A stretch of 64,000 nucleotides of DNA, taken from NCBI GenBank assembly GCA_029259155.1, contig JAPDJI010000026.1, positions 8,445-72,444 of the forward strand, read 5' to 3'. Below the pieces are notes generated by a model, which saw only the letters and a program-made list of their open reading frames with translations, did no database searches and had not been told where the DNA came from. The position numbers and the translations under genes are program-made. Source of the DNA: Candidatus Methanomethylicia archaeon. Its GTDB lineage: Archaea; Thermoproteota; Methanomethylicia; Nezhaarchaeales; B40-G2. Below, piece after piece: positions 9,758 to 20,315 of this stretch (the stretch's first letter is position 1; the number at the start of each line of letters is the position of its first letter).

Positions 9758-12700
9758 TTAAGGGGAGGGCAACTTGATACCCATCTCATAGCTTTCACCA
9801 TCGATAGTCCATCGTTTAACGTAGAAGCCCTTCTCAACCGTCCCTACACCTGTCCTCAAGGATAGTTGTCTTACTCGGACCTCTTGGCGTATATAGTCCT
9901 CCATCCGTTTAAGCCTTGACAAAGACGCATCGCTAGGGACATTAATGAAGGCGTCCACGTAAGCCTCCACCGGTAGATCTAGGTTCTTCCTCATCTCTTG
10001 CAGCCTCCTAACCACTTCTCTAGCCAAGCTCTCAGCAGCGAGCTCCTCGGTTACCTCCACGTCTAGGTAGAGGATACCTCCTCGAAACTTAGCCTTAACG
10101 AGGCCTTCCTTTAACCTAACCTCCTCCCCAGGGGTTAAGAACTCTAAGTCCTTGATGTTCATCTGGTCGAGGAGTAGGTGACGTAGGCGTTCTATGCAGT
10201 CCTTAACCTTGGTCTCCTCGCTCATGATCAACGCTTTCCCTAGAGGCTTCCGAAGCTTAAGCCCAGCAGCCTGTCTAGCGCTTAGCGACGCCTCGACGAT
10301 ATTTCTAGCGATGTCCATAAGGGCCTCTAGGTCTTCATCTATCAGTGATTCGTCCGGCTCTGGCCAACGGCATAGGTGGATGCTCTTGGGCATCGAGGAG
10401 GAGAGAGGCCTAAACATGTGCTGATAGATGTGCTCTGCGAGGAGAGGTATGAAAGCAGCAGCCATCCTTAGGAAAGCGTACAGCGCCTGGTAAAGGGCGT
10501 AGTATGCTGCAAGCTTGGCAGGGTCAGATTTATCGATCCATGTCCTACGCCTGATAAGCCTTATGTACCATCTGCTGACGTCATCGAGGATGAAGGAGCT
10601 TAAAGCTCTTAAAGCTTCATGGATAGTCAAACCATCAAGCGAGGAGGACACTTGTTTAATCAGCCTCTGTGTCCTTGAAAGCAACCATTTATCTTCAGGT
10701 GCCAGCCACTCCCTAACCTCCTCGCCCAATGAGAGCGGGTTAAACCTATCCAGGTTCATGTAGAGGCTGGCGAAGTAGAAAGTGTTCCATAGTACGTTAA
10801 GGTCGCGGTAGGCCTCCTCGACGCCTCTCCAAGAGAAGTGAAGGTCCTCCCAAGTGGTGCATGAAAGCTCATACCACCTTAGAGCGTCTCTACCGTACTT
10901 CCCGATGACCTCCTCCGGGTATACTATGTTGCCCAGCGACTTATGCATCGCCCTTCCCTGCTCGTCAAGCGAGAAGCCGTGGACCAGGACGTTACGGTAA
11001 GGCGCCTTATCGAACACCACCATGCTCGTGACCAGTAGCGTGTAAAACCAGCCCCTCGTCTGGTCATGGCCCTCCAGCACTAAGTCGGCAGGCCACCATT
11101 TACCCAGCTCATCATCTCTACTAGGATACTTAAGACAAGCCCAAGAGGCAGCTCCAGAGTCCATCCACACGTCTAGCACGTCAGGCACCCTTCTCATCAA
11201 CCCACCACAGGAGCAGCGGAGCAGGACTTCGTCTATCCAGGGCCTATGAAGGTCTAAGGGGTCGGGCAACGGTGAGGCGGCTTCCTCTTTAAGCTCCTTT
11301 AAGGAGCCTATCACCTTAAAGGAAGAGCAACGTTCGCAGACCCATACAGGTAGAGGTACCCCCCAATATCGTTGTCTAGAGATAACCCAATCCTTCGCCT
11401 CCTCGAGCCATTTCCTAAACCTCATCTGACCTGCCCATTCAGGAGCCCACCTGACACGGTCGTTCTCCTCTAAGAGACGGTCACGTATAGCGGTCACCTT
11501 AATGAACCATTGAGTAGCCGCCTTCAGTATTAGCGGCGATTTGCACCTCCAACAGTGAGGGTAGCGATGCGCGATGGTTCCTTTTGCCAGGAGGAGACCC
11601 TTAGCTTCTAGATCTTTTATGATCTCCTCGTCAGCATCAAACACAAACTTACCAGCATACTTCCCAGCTTCCGCCGTGTATACTCCTCTCTCATCAACTG
11701 GCGAAAGTATGGGGAGACCGTAGCTTAAACCCACCTCGAAGTCTTCTTCACCATGCCCTGGAGCTGAGTGAACACAGCCCGTACCTTCAGTTAAGGTTAC
11801 GTACTCAGCGCTCAGTACCACCATATGTGCTGGGCTCACTTCTAGCTGTTTAGGTACTTCTTCCGCTAGAGGAGGATGGTACCTTAAGCCTTCAAGGTCG
11901 CTGCCGGGGAAGGACTCGAGGATCTCATAGCTCAAGCCAGCCTCCTTGAATACCTCCTCACACCTCGCCTCAGCTAGGATGTATATTTCATCTCCTGCCT
12001 TCACCCTGACGTAGGTGTAGTCAGGGTGAACCATAACCGCCACGTTAGCCGGTAAGGTCCAAGGAGTGGTGGTCCAGATCAAGATATACTCCTTATCCCT
12101 ACCCTCTAAGGGGAACTTAACGTAGATGGAGGGGCTCTTAACCTCTCTATACTCCTCGGTAACCTCATAGCCAGCTAACACCGTGCCACACCGAGGACAC
12201 CAGTGGACTACCTTAACACCCCTCCAGAGGAGGCCCCTCTCGTGAGCTCGTTTAACCACTAGCCATACAGCCTCTATGTAGTCGTTGTCGATGGTTCTGT
12301 ACGGCTTTTCCCAGTCCATCCACACCGCTAAGTTCTTGAACTGTTTAGTTAACACCTCTAGGTTTTCTAGGGCGTAGGCTCGACATTCATTCACGAAATG
12401 AGCTACACCGAGCTTCTCCTCGATCTCCCTCTTAGAGCCTAGGCCTAGCCTCCTCTCCACCATAACCTCTATGGGAAGCCCGTGCATATCGAAGCCAGGT
12501 TGATCACGGACGTCGTAACCCTTCATTCGATGGTACCGCAGAAACACATCCTTGATCAGCTTATTCCAAGCTGTGCCCACGTGGATAGGGTTAGTCACGT
12601 AAGGAGGGCCATCTAGGAAGTAGAACTTAGGCCCTCCTCTACCAGCTTCCTTAGCTTCACGGTATATCCCATCCTCCTCCCACCACTTCAGCAAGGCTTC

Positions 12701-12772
12701 CTCGTATGACCTAGGGTCAAAGCGTTTAGGCAGGAGACCTATGTAGCCTTGGTTTCCCGTCTCCCTCACCAC
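9758..12772 (-). CDS. ileS: Isoleucine--tRNA ligase
   Basis: DGPPY..HVGT, WTTTPWTLPAN, GTGCVHSAPGHGEED, ISRQRYWG, DQTRGWFY, AMHKS. Confidence 0.98.
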   Translation of the reverse strand: MVRETGNQGYIGLLPKRFDPRSYEEALLKWWEEDGIYREAKEAGRGGPKFYFLDGPPYVTNPIHVGTAWNKLIKDVFLRYHRMKGYDVRDQPGFDMHGLPIEVMVERRLGLGSKREIEEKLGVAHFVNECRAYALENLEVLTKQFKNLAVWMDWEKPYRTIDNDYIEAVWLVVKRAHERGLLWRGVKVVHWCPRCGTVLAGYEVTEEYREVKSPSIYVKFPLEGRDKEYILIWTTTPWTLPANVAVMVHPDYTYVRVKAGDEIYILAEARCEEVFKEAGLSYEILESFPGSDLEGLRYHPPLAEEVPKQLEVSPAHMVVLSAEYVTLTEGTGCVHSAPGHGEEDFEVGLSYGLPILSPVDERGVYTAEAGKYAGKFVFDADEEIIKDLEAKGLLLAKGTIAHRYPHCWRCKSPLILKAATQWFIKVTAIRDRLLEENDRVRWAPEWAGQMRFRKWLEEAKDWVISRQRYWGVPLPVWVCERCSSFKVIGSLKELKEEAASPLPDPLDLHRPWIDEVLLRCSCGGLMRRVPDVLDVWMDSGAASWACLKYPSRDDELGKWWPADLVLEGHDQTRGWFYTLLVTSMVVFDKAPYRNVLVHGFSLDEQGRAMHKSLGNIVYPEEVIGKYGRDALRWYELSCTTWEDLHFSWRGVEEAYRDLNVLWNTFYFASLYMNLDRFNPLSLGEEVREWLAPEDKWLLSRTQRLIKQVSSSLDGLTIHEALRALSSFILDDVSRWYIRLIRRRTWIDKSDPAKLAAYYALYQALYAFLRMAAAFIPLLAEHIYQHMFRPLSSSMPKSIHLCRWPEPDESLIDEDLEALMDIARNIVEASLSARQAAGLKLRKPLGKALIMSEETKVKDCIERLRHLLLDQMNIKDLEFLTPGEEVRLKEGLVKAKFRGGILYLDVEVTEELAAESLAREVVRRLQEMRKNLDLPVEAYVDAFINVPSDASLSRLKRMEDYIRQEVRVRQLSLRTGVGTVEKGFYVKRWTIDGESYEMGIKLPSP

Positions 12773-12860
12773 CTTAACTAAGACTCGGCTCGTTAAAGAG
12801 TGGAGGACGCCTTTAAATCTTTGAGCCGCGCTAGCTTTATGAACGCCTAGTTACCACCAT

Positions 12861-15065
12861 TTGGGAAGCAGGTGGAGGTTTAGGTTGAGGAAGCCAACGT
12901 TAAAGTTCACGCTTCCAGAGCTGCCACGTCAATTAAAAGCTGGAATTAACGTTGAGAAGCTCGTGATCATAGCAGCCTTAACCACCGTCTTCATCACCGC
13001 CCTCCTCTTGAGGCTACTTCGCCTTAAATACGGCATCTACTTGCTCGATGAGTTTGACCCTTACTTCCAGTACTGGATGGCTAAGTACGTAGCTGACCGA
13101 GGCTGGACGGGGTTCATAGACTGGTTCTATTGGTACAACGACCCTAAGTTCTGGCATCCCTATGGGAGAGACGTGATTCACACAGCCTTTCCAGGTGTAG
13201 CGTTCACAGGGGCGTTCTTCTACCTCCTCCTTAAGTCGGTAGGGATCAACATGGACTTGATGAGCGTCTGCGCCTTCCTACCGGCCTTCATGGGCTCCCT
13301 GACCGTAGTACTCATGTATAACTTAGGCAAGGAGGTCGAAGGCAAAGCCACCGGGCTCTACGCGGCAGTGTTCATGGCATTTAACGCTGCTTACCTAAGC
13401 AGGACGCTCTTCGGCTTCTTCGACGACGAGAGCGTAGGTATCTTCGCTCTAGTATGCTCCCTCATCTTCTACGCGAGGGCCTTAAAGCGGGAAGGGAGAA
13501 TACTTGACGCTTTACTTGCCGGGCTATTTCTAGGCTACATGGCTAGTGCCTGGGGTGCTGCCACCTATGCCATTAACCTCTTCGCGTTACACGCCATATT
13601 GATGGTTTTTATAGGAAAGTACAGCCGAAAGCTGCTCTTCACCTATTCTGCAACCATGAGCGTTGCGCTCCTAATAGCCTCCTTGATACCTAAGCATGGG
13701 CCAGGCTTCCTAGCATCAGGCTTAAGCTTCCTAGCTCTCGTAGCCTACGCCACCTTAGCTATAGCTGAGGTTTCCTCAAACCTAGAGAAAAGAAAAGAAA
13801 GAATAGCCCTGCTCTCCTCCATCCTTACAGCTCTAATCGTGGGTTTCGCTGGACTATGGCTATTAGGCTACTTGACAGCACCAGAAAGGTACTTCTCGGT
13901 TCTATATCCAACCATCAGGAGCCCACTCGTAGCCTCAGTAGCTGAACACCAAGCCATAACCTGGATGCACTTCTTCCTAGATTTTCAGTTAGCTTTACCT
14001 TTAGCCTTCTTCGGACTATACATAGTGCTAAGAAGAAGAACTGAGATGGATCTACTGATAGCCTTAATGGTAGCCACAACAATATACGCTGCAGCCTCCA
14101 TGGCTAGGCTTCTCGTGTTACTAGCTCCATTGATCTGCCTCTTGGCAGGGATAGGCTTCAGCCATCTCATTAAACCATTAGCTCAACGGATAATGTCAGA
14201 GGAAGGAGGAAGGAGGAGAAGGTATGTGCTTGGGTTGAATAAGAAATGGAGCTACGCATTAACTGTGCTTACGGTCATTTTCTTCACACCTTTAGCTTCA
14301 CCAGCTGTCCTACCCATTACCAATAGCAGCCAGGGGCTCGTAGCGAGGGCTAGTACACCTCAAATGATAGCTACCTCTGCGTTTGCCCTAACTACACCTG
14401 TACCAGACTGGATAAACACTTTAGCATGGATGAGAGACAACCTTCCTCCCGACGCGGTTGTAGCTAGCTGGTGGGACTATGGCTACCATATATCTGTCAT
14501 GACTAATAGGACCAGCACCTGCGACAACGCTGCGTTGGATCATAAACACATAGCCAAGATAGCTAGAGCCTTCCTCTCTAACGAAACTGAAGCTCTCGAG
14601 ATATATCGGGAGCTCAACGTAACCCATGTTGTGGTTTTCGGCTATGTAGTGCCGTATTTAGCCATGCGCATCGGGGAAGGGTACGTATGGTATTATGCTT
14701 CTCTAGGCAACCTTGTAGGAGATGACGTGGTCAAGTCAGAGTGGATGGCCTTAATAGCAGGCCTAGACCCTGACGACTACCTGAAAGACGCGTATTTCGT
14801 TCATCCAACTACCAACACCATAACATCCATTAGAGTTCCAGCTGGAGAGAAAGCTGAGGATGCTATCATCTACCAGATGATCTTCAACAACTATGAAGGC
14901 CCACTAGCTGAGAGAGGCCCTATAATAAAGGATATCGTGGTAGACGATCAATGGAGGCCCGTAAACCTAGAAACATTCAACGTCAGGCCACTAGAACACT
15001 TTAATCTAGTCTATGCTAGTGAGCCAAACCACTTCATCCTGGTCTATGAAGTGGTTTACGACTGA
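12861..15065 (+). CDS. aglB: Oligosaccharyltransferase AglB (STT3 family)
   Basis: EFDPY, FFDDE, SVAEH and WWDYG motifs; multiple TM segments. Confidence 0.95.
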   Translation: MGSRWRFRLRKPTLKFTLPELPRQLKAGINVEKLVIIAALTTVFITALLLRLLRLKYGIYLLDEFDPYFQYWMAKYVADRGWTGFIDWFYWYNDPKFWHPYGRDVIHTAFPGVAFTGAFFYLLLKSVGINMDLMSVCAFLPAFMGSLTVVLMYNLGKEVEGKATGLYAAVFMAFNAAYLSRTLFGFFDDESVGIFALVCSLIFYARALKREGRILDALLAGLFLGYMASAWGAATYAINLFALHAILMVFIGKYSRKLLFTYSATMSVALLIASLIPKHGPGFLASGLSFLALVAYATLAIAEVSSNLEKRKERIALLSSILTALIVGFAGLWLLGYLTAPERYFSVLYPTIRSPLVASVAEHQAITWMHFFLDFQLALPLAFFGLYIVLRRRTEMDLLIALMVATTIYAAASMARLLVLLAPLICLLAGIGFSHLIKPLAQRIMSEEGGRRRRYVLGLNKKWSYALTVLTVIFFTPLASPAVLPITNSSQGLVARASTPQMIATSAFALTTPVPDWINTLAWMRDNLPPDAVVASWWDYGYHISVMTNRTSTCDNAALDHKHIAKIARAFLSNETEALEIYRELNVTHVVVFGYVVPYLAMRIGEGYVWYYASLGNLVGDDVVKSEWMALIAGLDPDDYLKDAYFVHPTTNTITSIRVPAGEKAEDAIIYQMIFNNYEGPLAERGPIIKDIVVDDQWRPVNLETFNVRPLEHFNLVYASEPNHFILVYEVVYD

Positions 15066-15238
15066 GTGAGGGAAGAGAGCTTCAGCATCCTTCTATACTT
15101 ACCGTACTTATCCTCCGGAGAGAACTTAGCTGGGTGAGGGTTTTTTAAAGCCCCACCACAGTAGGGACACCTCCCCTTATCTATCGTGTATCTACCGCAC
15201 TGGAAGCACTTCATAAGGAGAGGCATAGGTCGCGTCAC
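15056..15238 (-). CDS. nop10: H/ACA RNP protein Nop10
   Basis: CFQCGRYT..CPYCGG..PHPAKFSPEDKYGKYRR. Confidence 0.97.
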   Translation of the reverse strand: MTRPMPLLMKCFQCGRYTIDKGRCPYCGGALKNPHPAKFSPEDKYGKYRRMLKLSSLTQS

Positions 15239-16029
15239 CGTTTATGTATAAAGCTGCCATGTCCACCAAGAGACTTAAAGGACTTTAATGCGGTTTCAGC
15301 CACCTCCTTCATCACAGCTTCAGCCTTCTTGTAGTCCTCAGCCACCACCTCGATACCATAGTGGGGCGCACCCGCTAAGTAGATCCTAACGTTATAGCCC
15401 TTATTCTTAGCCAACTTTAAGGCCTCTAAAAGAGACTGTTTAATGTGTAGAACCCCTTTAGGATGGATGCTTCTAAGCTCCAACATGCCTGAAACTTTAA
15501 CTAAAGGTATCTCGATATGTTCCTTAGCTATCTCTAGTATGGCATCAGCCCATTCCTTAGATAAGCCAGCGTTTAAGAGGGCATCAAGCCCATGCCTCAC
15601 AGCTTCTTCTAACCCAGCATAGATCTCTCCGTATTTATCCTCCAGCTTCCATCCAGCTTCATCATAAGCCTCGTCAAGCGTTTTACCCAGCTTCTTAGCT
15701 GCGAAGGAGAGTAGGGTCTCAGCGCGTTGAGCCCTCTTCCATTCGAACATCTTCCTCTCTTTCTCTACGCTTGAAGCTCTCCTTAATGATAGGTCTACAT
15801 GTCCCTTGGCGGGGTTCACCTTTATTACCTTGAGCACAACCTTCTGACGCTCCCTTAGGAAGTCTCTTATGTTATGGAACCAGGAAGAAGACACCTCGCT
15901 CAGTGGAACGTAGCCTTTCCTGCCTCCATACTCATCGAGGGCCACGTAGGCTCCTTTATCAAATACCTCAGTCACCGTAGCAACTACCAGCTCGCCCACA
16001 TCAGGGTAAGGTTTACGCTTCCTAGGCAT
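15235..16029 (-). CDS. eif2a: Translation initiation factor 2 alpha subunit
   Basis: YPDVGELVVATV S1 domain, KGHVDLSLRR, GAPHY. Confidence 0.97.
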   Translation of the reverse strand: MPRKRKPYPDVGELVVATVTEVFDKGAYVALDEYGGRKGYVPLSEVSSSWFHNIRDFLRERQKVVLKVIKVNPAKGHVDLSLRRASSVEKERKMFEWKRAQRAETLLSFAAKKLGKTLDEAYDEAGWKLEDKYGEIYAGLEEAVRHGLDALLNAGLSKEWADAILEIAKEHIEIPLVKVSGMLELRSIHPKGVLHIKQSLLEALKLAKNKGYNVRIYLAGAPHYGIEVVAEDYKKAEAVMKEVAETALKSFKSLGGHGSFIHKR

Positions 16030-16040
16030 CCTAAACCACT

Positions 16041-16250
16041 TTATATCGTCTTTAAGATCCTAGCCTCTATCCTAGCCTTTCCTCCTGTTGGATAAGCTAA
16101 GACTCTGCCACATACAAGGCATTTAACAAGAGTAGAGGCGTGACTAAAGATCATCTGGACGTTGCCGCATTCAGGGCATCTCACCTGCAAGAACCTAGAC
16201 TTTGGTTGAGGTATAAGTTCCCTGAACTTAGACTTACCCGTAAACTTCAC
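16041..16250 (-). CDS. rps27e: 30S ribosomal protein S27e
   Basis: [28 protein letters not shown]. Confidence 0.97.
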   Translation of the reverse strand: MKFTGKSKFRELIPQPKSRFLQVRCPECGNVQMIFSHASTLVKCLVCGRVLAYPTGGKARIEARILKTI

Positions 16251-16546
16251 CTCCTAACTACCTCAACAATCTCGAACTTCTTCGCTCTAACTCCTTTACG
16301 GTGCAAAACATACCCGCACTTCCTACACGTCAACTTTAACACCTGTTTCTTAGTTACCTTGGCGAAGCGCTTCTGTTCGGGTTTACGCTTAGAGCCGTAG
16401 CCCTCCTTCTTAATGGCGTAGCGCCTCTCACCTTCAGCTAGCGCCCGCCTCTTCCCCCCTTTATAGAGGGCGACCGAATGTACAGTGTGAGCTTTGCAGC
16501 GTGGACAGTAGGTGGTGATAGTCTTAGGTACCTTCACTTCGGGCAC
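16247..16546 (-). CDS. rpl44e: 50S ribosomal protein L44e (eL42)
   Basis: [29 protein letters not shown]. Confidence 0.97.
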   Translation of the reverse strand: MPEVKVPKTITTYCPRCKAHTVHSVALYKGGKRRALAEGERRYAIKKEGYGSKRKPEQKRFAKVTKKQVLKLTCRKCGYVLHRKGVRAKKFEIVEVVRR

Positions 16547-16599
16547 CCTGCATCCGGCTACAGGGTATGGGTGGTTTATAACCTTACCTAGTAATTAGG

Positions 16600-17115
16600 T
16601 TAATCCAGTTCTACGGCTGTACCTTCCTCCACGTAACGTTGAGCCACGTCCCTAGGGAGGTATGCCAGCTCCTCCGCTTCGAAGGGCCCATACTCTACGT
16701 CGCCTTCCATCAACCTGGGCGCAGGCTTCAAGAACCTTATGAGCGTCATTTTAGGTTCCTCGACGCTCTCTACCAGAGACTTCAAGAAATCCTCTTTGCC
16801 TTGAAAAAGCGCTGTTAAAGCAGAGACCACCACTGCACGTTCTTCCTTCGTTAACAGCTCCGAGACCTGGTAGCCTTCTAAGGTTAAAGCTAAAGCTTTA
16901 TGGACCCTCAGGTTGAAGAGGTCCTCGATCAGCGCCTTTAAAACAGCCATTTCCTGCTCTGCAATTATATAGTTGAGTGAGGAGGGATCTCCTGAAAGCT
17001 TAGCTCTAAGTTTAGCTAAGTAGCCACGAGCCCTCTCATAGAGGTCGGAGGGTAGCTTCTGTAGCCTATAGCTTGATCGCTCCAGCCTCCAGGTGTCCTT
17101 CAGTTCACTATACAT
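16600..17115 (-). CDS. GINS complex protein (Gins51/Gins15 type)
   Basis: LQKLP.DLY, R..K, LTKEER helical A domain, C-terminal IRFLK..YGPF B domain; sits between priS and rpl44e. Confidence 0.85.
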   Translation of the reverse strand: MYSELKDTWRLERSSYRLQKLPSDLYERARGYLAKLRAKLSGDPSSLNYIIAEQEMAVLKALIEDLFNLRVHKALALTLEGYQVSELLTKEERAVVVSALTALFQGKEDFLKSLVESVEEPKMTLIRFLKPAPRLMEGDVEYGPFEAEELAYLPRDVAQRYVEEGTAVELD

Positions 17116-17164
17116 TATCCCGTCGACAGCCCCCTTATAAGGTTGGTTTCAGCTAGTTAATAAC

Positions 17165-18409
17165 TTAAACTAGCCTAGCCAAGCCAGCTCTTAACAGGTA
17201 TAGAGCTACAGCGCTCGGCAGCCGAACCTTGGAGTTCTTGTAAGGGCCGAAGCTCATCTCCATTAAAGAGATCTCTGGAGCCTCCTCCACGTAGACCTTC
17301 ACTTCGCCTTCCCTGAAAGCTACAGCGTCTCTTAGAGGGTCGAAGGTGTCAAGCTCATTCAAAGTTAAGGGCATGGCTATGAGGCCTGTGTCGCCGTGAA
17401 GGGAGCCGGGCATACGTATAAGCCTCCTTATATCCGTAGTTACGCGTTCATCGATCTCGCAGTGCTGGAGCTCCACGGCTTTAGCTATCAACCCTTCCCA
17501 GAACCTTCTCCCATACTTAAGCAGCGCAGCCCATCTTGGAGGCGAAGACTCTATTGCTTTCAAGAGGATGTCCTTGGAGGCTAATATAGCCTCGGCTTCA
17601 TGCCTCCTTGAAGGCGGAAGTAGGGCTACAAGGTCTTCGAGGCTGGCTCTGCTAAGGAAACTATAGATCCCCCGAGCTATTCTACCCCTCCAGCCAGGGT
17701 TATCGAGAGATGGAGGAGTATAGGATCCCTTAACCGCAAGGTGGAAACCATGAACCTCAGGCTTGATGCTAACTGCTTTCACGTAGTCTACCACCTCTCT
17801 CCTAGCATATTGATCGAGCTCCTTCACTGCCTCCGACTCTACATGGAGATGGTAGCCTCTACGTCCAGAGAAGGCTAGGTGGATTTCATTAGAGGAAAAG
17901 CCGAAGTCTGGCATCAAAAACTCCTCTACAAGTTTGAAAACCTCATCCTTAGCGGCCTCTAAGCAGCTACGACATAGGTAGAAGCTTTCAGACTTAAGCC
18001 TCCTACCTTCACAGTTAGGGCATCTTTCAGGCTGGAGACCTTTACCTACGAAGCCGCAGTCTAAGCAAGTCCACTTATCATGCTTCTCCTTACACGGAGT
18101 AGGTAGGTGGTCTGAGTCTATGTCAAAGACCAGGTCTGCTCCCATCCATCCCTTAAGGTCCATGTCCTTCTCTTCAGGAGTGAGGTAGTAAGCTGATGAG
18201 TAGTAGATGTGTGATGGAGGCCCGCTTTTAATAAAAGACCTCAACTTTTCCTCTGAGTGAAAGCCCACATGCCTTATCATCTCCCCTCGATCGAAGAAGA
18301 GGAACGCAAATTCCCTCTTATCCAGGTTTGATGGGGGCTTAAGCTTACAGGAAGCACTACTATAGTAGCTCTTAAAGAGAGATTTGACGAAGCGTATGGC
18401 TGGATCCAC
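17165..18409 (-). CDS. priS: DNA primase small subunit with extended Zn-binding insertion
   Basis: REFAF, DLVFDID, FSGRRGYH, IDERVTTDIRRLIRMPGSLH. Confidence 0.97.
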   Translation of the reverse strand: MDPAIRFVKSLFKSYYSSASCKLKPPSNLDKREFAFLFFDRGEMIRHVGFHSEEKLRSFIKSGPPSHIYYSSAYYLTPEEKDMDLKGWMGADLVFDIDSDHLPTPCKEKHDKWTCLDCGFVGKGLQPERCPNCEGRRLKSESFYLCRSCLEAAKDEVFKLVEEFLMPDFGFSSNEIHLAFSGRRGYHLHVESEAVKELDQYARREVVDYVKAVSIKPEVHGFHLAVKGSYTPPSLDNPGWRGRIARGIYSFLSRASLEDLVALLPPSRRHEAEAILASKDILLKAIESSPPRWAALLKYGRRFWEGLIAKAVELQHCEIDERVTTDIRRLIRMPGSLHGDTGLIAMPLTLNELDTFDPLRDAVAFREGEVKVYVEEAPEISLMEMSFGPYKNSKVRLPSAVALYLLRAGLARLV

Positions 18410-18411
18410 GC

Positions 18412-19455
18412 TCAGGGGCTTGCACCTCCACGTAGAGCCCTCTTGTAGTAGCTTAGAGGATGCTTAATCCTCTGGCATAGAGAATCAGGCGCTACGCATA
18501 GGTTAAAGGTCCTTAAGGTCTCACAGTTTGGAGGTGTATACCTGGTCTTAGCCCCTATCTCACCGGCTATGTGCTTAACATGGTATAACGTCTTCCTCTC
18601 ATCAAAGTCTGGTAGGCGCCTGAAAACCTCGATAACCTCCTCGATGCTTTTACCTATGCTTAACATGAAGGAGGCCAGCGTGAAACGAGCCATATGTGGT
18701 AGCTGCTTCCCAGCCTGAGCTTCTTCCAAGAGGGTCTTTATACATGGAGGATAAGCTTCCTCAGAGCTCTTCACGGCTGCTTCAACGATCGGCAGAGGCT
18801 TCTTCGAGACCCTGGTTTTAGCAAGCTCCAAGATACGCTCCACACCTTCACGGACTGGCTGAGGAGGCTCAGATAGCTGCGGAGCAGCTGAAGCCTTCTC
18901 TAAGAGGCGTTCACGTATAGCTTCAGCCATCATTCTAGCTAGTTCATGTCGCTGAAGGTATACCCTGCCAGACACCAGCACCCTATTGATCAGCTTCCAA
19001 TGAGGGGACTTGAAGCCTAAGGCTACCTTCAAGTAATCCTCCCATCTAACTGAAAATTCGTATATCCTATATCCTACGTTAAGCCTAGCCCTCTTAACGT
19101 CCCAGTTAAAGGTACCGCTCGCCAGGGACAACAGCTTATCGGGGGATTCCTCTCGAAGCAGCGAGAAAGCTCTCTTCGCTTCAGCCTCAGCAAACCTACT
19201 GGTGATAATCTTGTCACCGCTGAGGGAAACCATCAACACCGCTACGGGATAGGAGAATATCTCTACATCAAGCCGGTCGAGCTTGACGGAGACTAAGGCT
19301 TTATTTAACGCCTCCTCAACCCTCTCCAACGCTCTCTTCAACACTTCCTGGTGTTCAGGGCTTGAGAGCTCCTCAACGGTGAGGCCCCTTGATTTAACGT
19401 AGCTTTGAGCTTCAACGCTAAACGGGTATTTGGCTAAGTCCTCTAACGTCAGCAC
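18412..19455 (-). CDS. priL: DNA primase large subunit
   Basis: AKYPF, YPPCIK, HMARF, YTPPNC..LC..C..HPLSYY Fe-S domain. Confidence 0.95.
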   Translation of the reverse strand: MLTLEDLAKYPFSVEAQSYVKSRGLTVEELSSPEHQEVLKRALERVEEALNKALVSVKLDRLDVEIFSYPVAVLMVSLSGDKIITSRFAEAEAKRAFSLLREESPDKLLSLASGTFNWDVKRARLNVGYRIYEFSVRWEDYLKVALGFKSPHWKLINRVLVSGRVYLQRHELARMMAEAIRERLLEKASAAPQLSEPPQPVREGVERILELAKTRVSKKPLPIVEAAVKSSEEAYPPCIKTLLEEAQAGKQLPHMARFTLASFMLSIGKSIEEVIEVFRRLPDFDERKTLYHVKHIAGEIGAKTRYTPPNCETLRTFNLCVAPDSLCQRIKHPLSYYKRALRGGASP

Positions 19456-19484
19456 CCTTAAGCCCCACCTCGCTTTGGTGGGGG

Positions 19485-20234
19485 CTACTCCTCAAGGCGG
19501 GGCGCTAGCCAATACTGTATACGTCCACCGCCAGGAAGGTCGAAGATTAACGTGAGAGGTATATTGGTTGAGAACTGAAGCTCCATAATATCTGAGGCCG
19601 CCGAAGCCTTCATCATGTCAGTGAGGTAGCTTAAGCTATACATAGCCCTTGAAGGCTCCTTCACGTTGAGCTCAAGTAAAGCACCGCCCTCCTTACTGAA
19701 GGTGGTGGAGGACTCTCCTTTATCGCTCGAGGACTGGAAAACCAGTTCATCTGGAGTTGCCTGTATCTTGACGTGGTCGCTAACCAGCTCAGCGTCTTTA
19801 AGAGCCTCCTCAACAGCATCTGCCAGGAGCCTAGCCTGCACATTAAACGAGATACGAGGAGTGGGCAGCTCTTCGTAACCTAGATCAAGCAAGGGTACGG
19901 CAAAGCCCCTTGTAATCCTACCCCTAAATCTAACCCTGAGCCTACCTTCATCTGGCTTCAGCTCCAGCTCTAGCTTCTCTCCTGAAGAAGCTCGTTTAAC
20001 CAGTTTGTTAAATTGGTCAAGGTTAACGCCTGCCTTCGCCTCAGCTTCACAATCATATTCCTCGAAGGAGGTGCTGGGCATCTCGAAGTCGACCATAGCT
20101 ATCCTTGAAGGGTCCATAGCTCTCATCCTGATGCCTTCAGGGGAGAAGGTGAAGGTGGCCTCGTCAACCATGGTGGATAAGGCTTGAATGATGCTGCGCC
20201 ATAGCTTAGCATCGTGAAATACGACTTTAACCAA
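19485..20234 (-). CDS. pcn: DNA polymerase sliding clamp PCNA
   Basis: RAMDPSRIAMV, YSLSYL, YWLAPR. Confidence 0.97.
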   Translation of the reverse strand: MVKVVFHDAKLWRSIIQALSTMVDEATFTFSPEGIRMRAMDPSRIAMVDFEMPSTSFEEYDCEAEAKAGVNLDQFNKLVKRASSGEKLELELKPDEGRLRVRFRGRITRGFAVPLLDLGYEELPTPRISFNVQARLLADAVEEALKDAELVSDHVKIQATPDELVFQSSSDKGESSTTFSKEGGALLELNVKEPSRAMYSLSYLTDMMKASAASDIMELQFSTNIPLTLIFDLPGGGRIQYWLAPRLEE

Positions 20235-20315
20235 CTAAGACCCTCCAACGAAAGCTTTACGCAGAGCCCCTTATACTTACTGCGGCAAGGATATTTAAAG
20301 GCAGTTAGCGGCGTC

